NCBI GenBank assembly: GCA_036785375.1
Contig: JAWMAR010000001.1
Location: forward strand, 26,164,001-26,228,000
Length of the DNA stretch: 64,000 bases
Direction: 5' to 3'
From: Leucoraja ocellata
Taxonomy: Eukaryota
In this document: one piece after another, positions 38,770 to 51,422 of the stretch
How the letters are laid out: every line of letters starts with the position of its first letter
Numbering within the stretch: position 1 is the first letter of the stretch
The notes under the pieces: model-generated
What the model was told of the DNA's origin: nothing
The model's input: the letters and a program-made list of their open reading frames with translations, nothing else
Database searches by the model: none
Made by a program: the position numbers and the translations under genes

Positions 38770-39270
38770 GCTTCAGATCAGAGATCCCTCTTCAGAAGCA
38801 AAAAAGAGACAAATGAAACTTGTTAAACTGCAGTGGGGGAGAGGGATGACTCTGATAGGGTAAAACCAGGATGGCCGTGGAGAAAAGCTGTAAACAAGGT
38901 TATCTGGTCAGTGAGTGAATGGGAGCAGTTAGAGGGTGAGAAACTAACCTGGACAAAAAAAATGTGGGAGTTGGGAAATACAGAACACAAGGACAAGCCC
39001 AGCAAGTTAGGATGGACATTTGATCCATGCTCAGAGAAAAATGGGAAGGGAGTAAAAACAAGCTGGGCTGGTATTATGGGTGACAGACATAGATTCGAGA
39101 AATAAAGTTACTTGAAGTTGTAGAATCGTTATTGAGTCCAGAAGGCTGCAATGTGTGCAGATGGAAAATGAGCTTGCATGGGACTCACAATGCCACTAAA
39201 GGAGGGAGACTGCAAAGCAATAGGTCGCAGTGGAATGAGGAATTGAAGTGGCAAGCATTAGGATCATTTT
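38770..39270 (-). mobile_element. Old Penelope-like fragment
   Basis: agttacttgaagtt...ttgagtccagaaggctgcaa...aaaatgag resembles the reverse of the Penelope ORF end at 43410-43483. Confidence 0.45.
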
Positions 39271-39883
39271 TGTCGCGGATTGATTTTCAGGAATTAAAAC
39301 CTGTACCCGATTACATCAGTTGAAATGAAGGCATGTTACAAAATTGTTTGATTCCCAAATCCATAATGGGTTCAGCCTCTGATCTGTGCAGTGGTGAGTT
39401 GCTGCTGGTCGAAATAATAAGTTAAGTTTGGTACCCTGAAAGGCCCTGGCACCGGTCACTTTCCAGTAATTCCACTCAAAAGTCTATGTCCGTGAATAAG
39501 ATGCAGGATCAGGTTTCTCCCTTGGGGTCATATAGCCATGAAAGCTTGCTGAATAAATCTTTCAAAAAGGCTGAATAGTGAGTCGTTAAATATAGTCAAG
39601 GCCAAGTTGGACCTATGGATTATAGGTAATGAAAATTATGGGCATCAGGCAGATAAGCGAACTTTAGAGTAATTACCAGATTTGCTATGATCTTATTGAA
39701 TGGTGTAGGAGATAAGAGAAGCCATATGGCTACTCCTTTATCTTTTAAGTTACTTACGGAAATCTGATATTGACATCTATTCCAGTAGGAGTCAGCATCT
39801 TTAAGTCAATGTATAAAGTAGAACTGAGCAGAATTTTGAACTGACATTTGTACTAATAAATTCTTATTTTATTTTCTCTGCAG

Positions 39884-39937
39884 CAATTTGGTAAAATCAT
39901 AGATGTAGAAATTATATTTAATGAGCGTGGCTCAAAG
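39884..39937 (+). CDS. RBFOX2: RBFOX2 54-nt RRM exon (QFGKIIDVEIIFNERGSK)
   Basis: Branch-like tactaat at 39851, pyrimidine tract, ctgcag| acceptor, AAG|gtaagc donor. Too short for the ORF track but matches the Fox RRM. Confidence 0.97.
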
Positions 39938-42800
39938 GTAAGCACATGTTTTTTAATGTTTCTATGGTTATACTAATTGCTGTATATAATTGCTAAAGTT
40001 GAACTTGTTGGCTGTTTTAAACTATTTCCAGCTTGTGGCATTTTCCAAAGTTGATCCTTTTCACTGATCATCTTCATAATAGGATAGGTTGTAGTTATCA
40101 GCGTCTCCCCGTCCTCGTAATCATCATTGTATATAATGGCAACATTTTCTCAATGATGTATCCATGAAGCATTCTATTGTTTTTATTTATCCCCCTATTT
40201 GTCCTTTATTAATTCCTCTTCACTGAAACAATGTTCACAATCCAGAATTGTGGTTGTTTATCGAGTCTTTCACCTGGTTGCCTTTACTAATTATTTAGTA
40301 ATATGTGCAGCTAAGGCCCTATTTATTTGGCAATACGTGATACCAACGATCAATGTGTTGATTCCATCTGTGCGTGGAAACGAATTGGTCGTGTTTAATG
40401 GTGACAGAATTTGGAAAATGATGCTTGGCTGGAATCAGTTTCAGGTCACAAAACTATGCTGATTAAGTAAAAATACTTAAAAATAAGTTTAAGATTGTTT
40501 TATTATTGTCCTATTCTACTGCCATTATTCTGCTGCGCCTTCTTTCCCTTAAAGTAACATTTATCATATTACCCATTTATATTTACTATTGTGGCGTAGA
40601 ATTCATCTCTCTCCTCATTCCTTTAAAGACTGCTAATTTTTAAATTATATACTACTCTAATGTCAAGTTCCCAGTTTTATTTCAATTCTCCAGTTTATCT
40701 GGAAAATTTTCAGAAAAGAAATTCTCAAGGTGAACGTTCTTCTTTTGTTCTTTTGAGAACTAGCTGACAGGCTTTTTAATCATAGAGCTGCCATTAAAAG
40801 CCTTTTTAACTACAGAGCAGTTTAGAGATGCTCAAAAAAGAGAATGGCTCTGTGCTTTAAGGCAACTTAATTATTCTACATTGTACTTTTTTTTTCCATT
40901 ACAACCCGTTTTAAATTGATAGATGAGCACATGCTCTTGGTTCCTGCAAACCTTGAACATTGCAGCAACACTGGAAATGAGGGTCACTGAGGTGGGCTGC
41001 CACTCAGTAAACAACGTGGAAGCTTCATCTAGTTCTCTATCCCTTGCCATAATTGAACTGACTAGAAAAGGAAAGGTATTAACCTCCAACCTAATAAATG
41101 GCTTTGTGAAGACTGCAACTACTGCAGTTTTCTCACATTTACTTTATGAGCAGAGTGAGAGCGGTGGCAGCAACCCTGCAACAACTGCAGATGCAGCAAA
41201 TCATATGTCACCTTGTTAACCTTGTGTTTCTATTCATGGACCTTCAGTGGTGTTGAGGGAAATACCATATCAGTAAGCAACGTGATAACTAGCTCAGCAT
41301 CAAATTCCAAACTTGCCTTTGGTGCTCACAGCCCACTGAATGTAATATTAAATGGATCTCTAAAGATGTAAGCTGCATTTTTTAATTGGTAAAAGCTTAA
41401 AAGCAAAACAATGGTGGTCTTCTGAGCTAGCCATTAGTAGGAAAAGAGTCACGGTGGTATACCACTAGTTAGCAATATTGTCATTTTTGAGGTGATGGGC
41501 TTATGGTGTGACAATCCTGGGATACATCTGAAAGTATGCATGCCCACTGGGAGAACTAGGAATGCTGTTGATTGTCATGGGCCATCAGTATGCTTGTATT
41601 TGTAAACCAGGCTTAAATTTAAATAATTGTTGTAGGAAGGAACTGCAGATGCTGGTTTAAACTGAAGATGGACTCAAAATGCCAGAGTAACTCTAGCAGG
41701 ACAGGCAGCATCTATGGAGAGAAAGAATAATGTGCTGTTAAATAACTAGTGCAGATAAAACAGTATACTAGAAAAGGGAGCAATTTCACTTGGAATAAGG
41801 ACTGAGTATTAAGTGTATTTAATGTATTTGTAATGCTGGAAAATCAGCTTAATGTTTCTTAATGATCTATCACAATTACCATTGCAGTCAAACAAAGGTT
41901 TGGGATGGAGAGAGATGACCATATGTGATATCACTTATGATAATCTGATTTATTATTTATGAAAATGTTATGATTGCAGCATTTCATGGAATGTTTTTAA
42001 AGAGAGAATCTTCCATTTCATTGTCCTTTGCAAGAAGTTTAAAAACAAAATGTAAATACAAATTCACTCCAAAAAAAAAAGCTGCAGATGCTGACAAAAG
42101 AACAAAATGCTGGAACTACTCAACAGGTCACGCAGCATCGTGGATTTTTTTTTTTTTAAATCAACATTTCTGGTTGATGGCTTTTCATCGATACAACCTT
42201 CTCTCCCCACACATGCTGCTGACCTGCTGTAGAGTTGTTACCGTTTTTAATTTCTTCTTGCTTGGTTGTTTATTTCAATTCAAATCAATTCAATGATTTC
42301 TGGAGTCCACTGCTGAATTCCCGATCTGCCTTTTCCCATCAATCCTACTAGACTGTGCTTGTGGACTATCTAGTAATAGTCAAAAGCTGAAGCAAATAGA
42401 TTCATTTTTCTAACAGTAGATGCCCATTTTTTGGAGGGGGGAAGAGGGAGATCTTGCCGTTTTCTTCTGTGACGTGTTTAGGCTCAGTTATCATAGAGCT
42501 GTTACAATCATTGCAGACATTCTGTTGTTCTACCCAGCCTGAGCCACAACCCTCTGAGCTGTCACAGCTTTAAGTGGAATAGCATGGTTTTGAATGTATA
42601 AAATTACTTGTGAATTATTCTCTCTCCCAACATTCATTTTCCATTCTGATCTCATACTAAATTTAATAATCACCTTTGCATTTACCAATGATTTCAAGTG
42701 ACTGTACAGGCCATAAAAATGGGATATTGCCTTTTTTTAAATGACATCGCATTGAAATATATTTTGATGTTTATTTTCAGTATGTTTAGGAAGGAACTGC

Positions 42801-43754
42801 AGACACAAAAAGCTGGAGTAACTCAGCGGGTCAGGCAGCATCTCTGGAGAGAAGGAATTGGTGACGTTTTAGGTCGAGGCCCTTCTTCAGACTAGTTAGG
42901 GAAAAAGTGAACAAGAGATATAGACAATGATGTAGAGAGATAAGAACAATGAATGAAAGATATGCAAATAAGTAACGATGATAAAGGAAACTGGTCATTG
43001 TTAGCTGTGAAAATGAGAATCTGGTGCAATTTGGGTGGGGGAGGGATAGAGAGAGAGAGGGGGGGAATGCCGGGGTTACTTGAAGTTAGAGAAATCAATA
43101 TTCATGCCTAAACCTCCTCCCTCGACTGTCCATGGACCCCAACATATTATTCAGGTTAGCCAGAGGTTCCCATGCACCTTCTCCAACCTCATCTATTGTA
43201 TCCATTGTTCAAGATGTAGACCATCGGAGAGACCAAACGTAGACTGGGCGTTGTTTCGTTGAACACTATTGCTCAGTCTGCCTGAACCAACCTGATCTCC
43301 CGGTTGCTAAACACTTTAATTCTCCTTCCCATCCCCACGCTGATCTTTCTGTCATAGGTGCCCTCCATTGTCAGAATTAGGCTAAACGCAAATTGGGGGA
43401 GCAGCATCTCATATTTCGCTTGGGCAGCTTGCAGCCCAGCCCAGCCCAATGGTATGAATGTTGATTTCTCTAACTTCAAGTAACCCCGGTATTCCCTCTA
43501 TCCATCCCCATCCAAGTCGCACCAGCTTCTCATTTTCACCCAACAAACAGCTAACAATGGCCTGTTTCCTTTATCATCGGTACTTTTTTGCATATCTTTT
43601 ATTCGTGGTTCTTATCTCTCTACATCATTGTCTATATCTCTCCTTCCCCTTTTCCCTAACCAGTCTGAAGAAGGGTCTCGACTCGAAACGTCGCCCATTC
43701 CTTCTCTCCAGAGATGCTGCCTGTCCCGCTGAGTTACACCAGCTTTGTGTGTCT
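42801..43754 (+). mobile_element. Penelope-like element: decayed GIY-YIG endonuclease C-terminus plus terminal repeat, preceded by an inverted terminal repeat
   Basis: 43130-43480 encodes broken QVSQRFPCTFSNLIYCIHCSRC..IGET..LPVAKHFNS..EQHLIFRLGSLQP..MNVDFSNF. Arms 42801-43108 and 43451-43754 are inverted copies. Confidence 0.85.
43665..43692 (+). ncRNA. Minimal hammerhead ribozyme motif
   Basis: CUGAAGA-A-GGGU(CUCG)ACUC-GAAA-CGUC. Confidence 0.55.
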
Positions 43755-46409
43755 AATATCTTGAAGTTTAATTTCTTTCTGTTTCTGACATTATAGTGGG
43801 TGGGAGCTATATTTAGCAGCGAAGGAGTTAAATTGTGATTTGATTGGTTATGTTTGTGTTTTTCCAGAAATACAGGGGACCAATTCGCCACACAGTATTC
43901 TGATGTTTTATATGATTAACTGTCTCACTAAAACCACTTCATGCTTAAAAAGGGTTAGGAAAAACAAGTTTTCTTTCATATTCCTTTGATTTCATGACTA
44001 ATGAAGCAACATTTTTAATACCGAGATAATATTTCTGGTGAAGGACTTGGCCAGAATCCTTTCGACCTCACACCTTTTGCTTATATTCGTCAATTTCACA
44101 GCTGTCTTTGCCTAGTTGCTATCCTTTACAGTGGGTCCTCAGAGTCGGCCACAGGTATCCAGCTTATGGAGCCTCACCATGCATTGGTGTGCTTGCTGTG
44201 TACGGTATCTGGGAGACCACTGCTAACCATGCCCAAACTGCCCGAATTGGGAGAAATCAAACTGAACTGATGATGAGGAGTGGCTTGCAAGAATGTCCAG
44301 GGATCTTTAGTCAGGGCATAATAATTGATGGAATGGGCACCACGATAACACTTAAGCTGTTATCACTCCATTATTTCAAAAGTTAGAGATCTGTAATTTT
44401 ATTAGCTGGAAATTAATATTCAGTGTGCTGCTGAATGTATATTTGTTAGGCAACATATTTTACCCCATGAAGCTGTTGATGAATTGTTCCATGCAACTTC
44501 TAAAGTATTTTTAATTCCTGTTTGAGTATAGAAAAAGAGTATGAGCAAGCTATTCAATCAACATAGATGTTCAAAACATCATTGGCATTGATTTTTTTTA
44601 AACAGTTTGCAAGTGTTTGTGGCATTCATTCATGAAAACTCAAATCACTATTTCCTGATGATTTCTTTGCCTTAAAGTCTAAAAGATCTCATGTTGATGC
44701 TCGAACTGTGCCATGTGAGTTAATTTCAATCAGAGCAGCTGTAAGGGCATAAATATCAGCAGTACTACCCCATTGATAAAGGAGTAGAACAATTGCTGCC
44801 CAAAGATCATTGTACAGACATTTGATGACAATAGGATCGGACTTGCCTATAATGTTTATCGTCACGCGACCAACTCATTGCCAGGGCCTATGCACAAAGA
44901 TATGTCACTTTGCCATGTATTAGAGGGCAGCCAGCAGCCAGCACCCAGAAGCATTTTATGTAGAAAATTTAGATCATGGAAGAAAATTTAAATAAATTGG
45001 AAAATAGTAAGATGCATCACAATGCTGGTGTCTTCCCATGCTCATATATTGAGGAAAATTTTTAAGTTGCCAAGAGGTCAAATGATTTCAGCAGATAGCA
45101 CAATGTTTATAGTGTGAACAGAGACCTTTGATTAACAGCTCCATTAATTACAAACAAATACTTTTCTCACACTAGGCTATTTTTTAATATGCTCGTCAGA
45201 AAATCACGTGATTTTGAGTTAACGTTTTTTTAAATGGAAGCAATATGAATGTCAAATGCTGAACTTAACAATTTTTTTTTCCATCCAGTTAATCAGGCTT
45301 AGAATATGAGCAAGAATGTGAGTTATATTATATAATACATAAACCTACAGTTAACCAGGATCAGACCAGCCTGTTTTTTGTTCTTCACTGAAGGGATGTG
45401 TCCCAGTGAGGATGACACGGGGCAGCTTAATTCTGATTTTCATTGCTCCTGATAGTGGTGGTTGGCAGTGTCACCTGTGGGCTCGAACTGGGGAACTGAT
45501 TCTTGCAAAAAGCTTCACGTCATTCTTAGTTGATGAATAAGGTTTTAGATAAAACTCCTCTAACGCAGCATGAAAACAACTACCCTCGACCAATCACTTC
45601 AAGCATGATTGTTTTTGCTGCTGAAACTGTGTTATTATGTGCACTGTGGTATATTGGGGATATGGTGCATGTATTCTTATGGGTTAAATTGTGTTTTCTG
45701 TCTATGAACACACATAGGAGTATTGCCTTTTTTATTTCTCGTTTTTATATTTGTATCTAGTAACATTTATTTATCATTCTTCTGCAGGGGTTGTTGATCT
45801 ACTTTTTTGACACTGCTCATCTGTTGCTTGTATTTATTGCAGTTCTGAGGCCAGGTTAAAACGACGAGTTACTTGGGCTATCTCCATCACACTTCCTTTC
45901 TATAATTATTTACCATTAATTTCTTTAAGCTTTGATAAAACCCTGTATATGGCCCATAACTTTAAATGCAGACCTACCTACATTGAGTTACTATTTTATT
46001 TTCAAGTGCCCTAGACTTCCATACCCACATGTCCAAATTTGGCTGTGAAACTGTGTGTGTGTGTGTGCGCTCCCTGCCAAATTGAGGACAGATGACTTTA
46101 GGAATAGCTAGAGCAGAATAAGATTGAATTTCTGCCCTCTACACTAAATATGGATTTGTAAGGGCTGACACAGCAAGAGTGTTGATTTTTATGGTTGTAG
46201 AGAGGAAATTTTATTGAGTTGACCTTTCATCGTTATGGAACATTATAAGCTACCGTACAAGAAATTTTGGAACTTGAGAACTTTTGCATTGTTCCTTTGT
46301 CTCTGTTCATCCTCCAATTCTGTAGTTGTCAAATCTTGATAACTGGTTATTCAATGTTACACAAAAATTGGGAAGTTAGATTCGTTCAACCACGAGGCCT
46401 CACCATGAT

Positions 46410-46730
46410 TCATGGCCAATGAACTATTTTTGAGTATATTCACTACTGTATGGGACAAACTATGATGATTTTGTGCTCAGCATAGCCCCATCAACAGCAA
46501 AGACGTCAGTTAATTCCTGTGGCATTGTTGTTTGAGGAATGTGTGTGGACAGGAACATCAGACGAACACTCATATTCTTCAGATCATACCATAAGGAAGA
46601 AAAGAGATCTGTTTAATGTCTCCTTTGAAAACTGAGCATGCACAACTGCATTGAAATTGCTCAAATTACATGACCAGGTCTAGGAATAGATTTGGATTTT
46701 CAGACCTTCTGACTCGGGCAATGATCCAAT
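46410..46730 (-). mobile_element. Ancient Deu-domain SINE remnant
   Basis: gccaatgaactattttt..., gtttaatgtctcctttgaaa, accttctgactc. Confidence 0.4.
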
Positions 46731-47629
46731 TGTTGAGGCAATCTCAGGTTTAATACAAAATACATGTTGCAACTCTCTCATCACAATATTTTCCAAAATA
46801 TTTGTCCGTTGTTGATCGCACTTTAGGATGAAGCTGGCATCACCGTTGCAAAAGATTTAAAGTGTTTTTTTTGTGAAGAAACTTGGCCAGCTAGAGCAAT
46901 TTATGGAAGGAAAAATAAAATGGAAAAATCAATCATTTGATGAGAATTGTAAGATCAGTGCATTTGTTCAGGATTGGGGTAGAATGAAATTGCAGAGGAG
47001 GGAAAGAATTTTAAGGAATGGATGATGGTTTTGATTGATGGGGAGTCAATAAAGACAAAAATGGTAAAAAGTAATTTGTGATAATGTTAGAAATCTTTAA
47101 TTAAAATTTAAATGATTAATATGTACCCATTTGCCATTAATTTCAGATATTGCCAAATCTTGACCTGTTTTCCTCCGATCATTCCCACCTTTTTTTGTTG
47201 AAACGTTTATCACAATTCTAATATTATAGTGTCTGCACTTAACAGGGAATAATTTTCTAAATTGCTGAAATTTAATGTAATATAAAAAATACTGCAGGAA
47301 GAAGGTGGTTTAACAAAGTATTCACATATACTTCACAGTTGGAGTTTTGTTTATTGCAGCAGTTTCCTTACTCCACAGCCAATATAAAATGAAATGAGAC
47401 TAATTAGGCCATGGTAACAGTAAGATAAAAATAGATTTAGTAATGCATAATGCTTAGGAATGGTCATATCCGATATACAAATAACTATTTACCAAACACT
47501 TTGAGAATTGAGCATCATATTTAAATTGGCTTTAAAATTTTAAGTACTCCATGAAGGCTGCTGAATGATAGCACATCACTATTGATCTAGAAATAAAACC
47601 CAAGATCTTCATTAAAACAATATCAAATA

Positions 47630-49165
47630 TACAAGAAGGAGATGGTGTTGGGGCACTTGAAGAGCATTAAGGTAGCTAAATCCCCAGGACGTAATGAGAT
47701 TTAGCTCAGATTATTAAGGCGAGACAGGAGATTGTGGGATCCTCAACAAAGACCGTTGCAACTTCTCAAGCCATGGGCGAGTTCCCGGAGAACAGCTAAT
47801 GTCCCTTTATTTAAGAAGGGGTGTAAAGAGAATCCAAGGAATTATAGGTTGTTGAACCCCACGTCGGGATTCTTTGGGATATGATTTACTCATATTTGGA
47901 GATGGGTTAATTCGAGGCTGTCAGCATGGCTTTGAACATAGCAGGGCATGACTTACTAACTTGATCGAGTTTTTTTGAAGAAGTGACAAGGGTGATCGAT
48001 GATGTTAGGGCAGTGGATGTTGTCTACAGATTTTAGTCAGGCAGTTGATAAAATCCCCCTTGGCAGGCTGATCCAGAAGATTAAGATGCATACTATTAAC
48101 ATTGACTTGATCATATGGATTCAGAACTGGCTTACTGGTAGAAGACAGAGTTGTGGTGGAAAGATAATACTCACGCTGGAGGTCTGTGACCAGTGGAATT
48201 CCTTGAAGATATGTTCTGGGACTTCTGCCGTTTGTGATGATGTATAAAATGACTTGGACGTAAACATGGACGGATTAGTTTGTAAGTTTACGGATGACAC
48301 CAAGATTGCTGGAGCCACAGTCTGCGAGGAAGGCTGTCAAGGTATACAGTAGAATATAGATCAGTTACAGAAAAGGACAGATAAATGGCAGACGGAGTTT
48401 AATCTGAGCAAATGTGAGGTGTTGCACTTTGGGAGGTCAAAGGTAAGGGGGAAATATATAATTAATGACATTACCCTTAACAGCATTAATGCACAGAAGG
48501 ATCTTGGTACCCAAGTCTATAACCCCCTGAAAGTGGCAATGCAAGTAGATAGAATGGTGAAGAAGGCATATGCCATGCTGGCTTTCTTTCATGGGTCGGG
48601 GGATTGGATATAAGAGTCAGGATACAGGTTTATAGGTCATTAGTTAGGCTGCATTTGGAGAAGTGCATGCAGTTCTGGTCACCCCATTAATGGAAGGATG
48701 TTGAGGCTTTGGGAAGTGTTTACCAGAATGATGCCTGGATAAGAGGTATTGACTAGAGGTTGGACAGACTTAGATTGTTTTCACTGGGATGCTAGAGTTT
48801 GCAACAAGACCCGATAAATGTATATAAAATTATAACAGGCATATGACTGCCAGAACCCTTTTCCAAGGATGGAAAAATCAAATACTGGAAAGCATAACTT
48901 TAAGGTAAGAGGGGCAAAGTTTAAAGGAGATGGGGCAACTTTATTTATACACAGGATGGTGAGTGCCTGGAACGTGCTGCTGGGGTTGGTGGTGGAGGCA
49001 GATATGATAGTGAGAGTTAGGAGACTTTTAGACAGGCACATGGATATGCAGTTAATGGAGGGATATGGATTATGTGCAGGTAGATAAGAGATGGTCTTGG
49101 CATCATGTTCAGCACAAACATTGCGGGCCGAAGGGCCTGTTCCTATGCTTTACTGTTCTATCTTA
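47630..49165 (+). mobile_element. CR1 LINE RT and 3' end, frameshifted
   Basis: DFSQAVDKIP, WIQNWLTGRRQ, KFTDDTKIAG, LHFGRS, VKKAYAMLAF, AWNVL; CR1 3'UTR gggccgaagggcctgttcc. Confidence 0.88.
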
Positions 49166-51219
49166 TATAACCCCCTGCAGAATAGAAATGTTTAAATATA
49201 GCCGCATGGTTGCCTTTAATTATTGTATTATATCTTAACCAGGTCTCTCTGTTGGTTAAAAGAACAAGATGATTATTTAATCATCTTGGTGAAGAGTCCA
49301 AGTTTGAATTGGAACATTTTCAATTTTGGTTTGAGTTGAGGTTTGTTTCATTGGACATTCAGTGTTAGAGAGATGCTGAGTCAGGTTACTTATTGGAAAA
49401 TGCTCCTCTGTTACAGCACAGCGTCATAGTACCCATTGAGCTTCAACATTCAGCATGAGCAGAATAGCCAGTATTGCTTCATTTTAACTTCTCATTTCCT
49501 CTAATCAGCATCCTTATGACCTCTGAGTACGATTGCTATTTAGTGCTGAATTACACTTCATTTACATTGTAGACTTCTGCTATTAGAAACTGCCAAAATT
49601 AATTTCTCTTGGGACTATTATGACTGTGAGTGGAGACTTTCCTGCCATCTGTCTCTGCTGGCTTGAACCCAGATTTCGGAGTTGAAAAGGACAGTGTTCT
49701 GACTGTGCCACCCATTCCCCCAAAAAACGACTTCTTACAATGCAATCCTACAAAACATTGAAATGCATTCCCTGTTTAAAATATGTTATGGTTTGGAAAA
49801 CTCAGGAATTGATTGGTATCAAAAGTTGATTGTGTTAATTAGGATTAGTTTGGATTCTATGTGTCCATGGGTTTATACTAAAGTGTTAAAGCCCAAATAA
49901 TTCATGGCTTGGCTGGCAAACACACAAAAGCATTTATCCACTGACTGACTACATAATTTATCTCTATGACCAACTCCTTTCACATGACCAAAAATTGCAT
50001 TCTGCAAAGCAAATTGTCTCAAACTATCTCACACTTGACCCATATGCTTCAAATGTGCAGCCGGAGATTTGGGTTTCTGAAGGCTTTCGTAGTTGGATCA
50101 TTTTCTTCGTCCATTTGGCTCACAGAATTCTAGCTTTGATGTGGTCAGTTGTTTTTCCATTGGCTCCTTTCACAGTCTAATAAGTGGCAGCTGAAAGTCA
50201 TCTCTCACGAACACACAATTAAATTTAATTAATAGCAGTATTCCAGGAATCAACTGACATGAAGTTAGGAAAAGGCAAGAAGCAGAAAGGCAGGGAAGTA
50301 GCATTTTGGCAACCTGCGTGTCAAAACAAGAGAGAGACTATTAACTCAATTTGATTTATTTCATTACGAGAATTATATTTTCAGCAAAAAGATAGGTGCG
50401 TTTGCTGTACAGAACTTACAAAAATGTACCCGTCAATTCATCTCATGTGTTCCCTACAGGCCAGACTCTTGCTCATATGTGGTTCCACAGTTTCTGGCAG
50501 CTCTGGAATTTTTCCAAGGGATGCAGACACTCACTGCTGCAGCTGTGGTTGAAGCTGTCCTCAGTAATTGGAGTTTTCAGCAGAGGTCACTGGAGAATTA
50601 TAAACAGCAGGACACTGACTGATTTTCCAGACCCCTCCCCATCTATTGACACCACCAATCCTTCAAAGGTTTGAAATAAGGAAGTTACCCACCAATACCT
50701 CAACATGATAACGGGTTAGACACACAGTGCCATGGTTGCACTGTTCGCATGTAAAAAAAATATAGCATGAAACTGACAGTAACAGCCAAATAAATGTGTT
50801 ATATTCTGGGTGACTGTAGCTCATAAGATTTGACTGTTATAAAGTTATAAAACTCTATACATTTACTTTCCTTAGGGACCTGGATAAATAGCATTTAGAA
50901 TTTTCATTAGCTAAGCAAAGTATATGCTTTAGAAGCCAGCTGCAAGAACAACCCTGAAATTGTTGATCAGCATAAATACTAATTATAGATAACGCATAGG
51001 AACACCTTAAAACATGAATTTGAAATTGCAATGTTCCTTCCGACCTCTGCTCACTAAAATTCTATATCCTGCTCTTTGCTGCTTTCATCCATCACTTTCC
51101 TTTACCCACAAAATGCTGCCCCAAACTCCCGATTACTAATGATCAGCCCAAGTAACGAGTACAGTTTTGTTTGGCCTCGCCGCTTACCTTTTTATTTATT
51201 TTTAATTTTCCAAGAAACA

Positions 51220-51422
51220 TGCATGAGGATGAGAGAGAAGAGTATTGCTGATTGTGGTCATGTACTTGTTCTATTTATAATGATGTGCATGTTGTTCTCC
51301 CCCCTTCTCCCGCCGCATGCAGGGATTCGGGTTCGTAACTTTCGAATCTAGTGCTGATGCCGACAGGGCGAGGGAGAAATTACACGGCACGGTGGTTGAG
51401 GGCCGTAAAATAGAGGTGCATG
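51220..51422 (+). promoter_or_regulatory. Cluster of RBFOX binding motifs around the RNP1 exon
   Basis: TGCATG 51220-51225, TGCATG 51286-51291, GCATG 51315-51319 (in the 3' splice site) and TGCATG 51417-51422 (in the 5' splice site). Confidence 0.85.
51323..51415 (+). CDS. RBFOX2: RBFOX2 93-nt RNP1 cassette exon ([31 protein letters not shown])
   Basis: gcatgcag| acceptor, 31 codons, GAG|gtgcatg donor. Same length as the mammalian autoregulated RRM exon. Confidence 0.97.

Noticed and set aside
40923-41219. 98-aa ORF with somewhat protein-like composition
   Set aside because: No family recognised, no convincing splice sites, and not part of the RBFOX reading frame.
42863-42890. Active hammerhead on the - strand
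   Set aside because: The core GAAA is mutated (cctaaaac); the copies near 17314, 25418 and 60297 are similarly degenerate.
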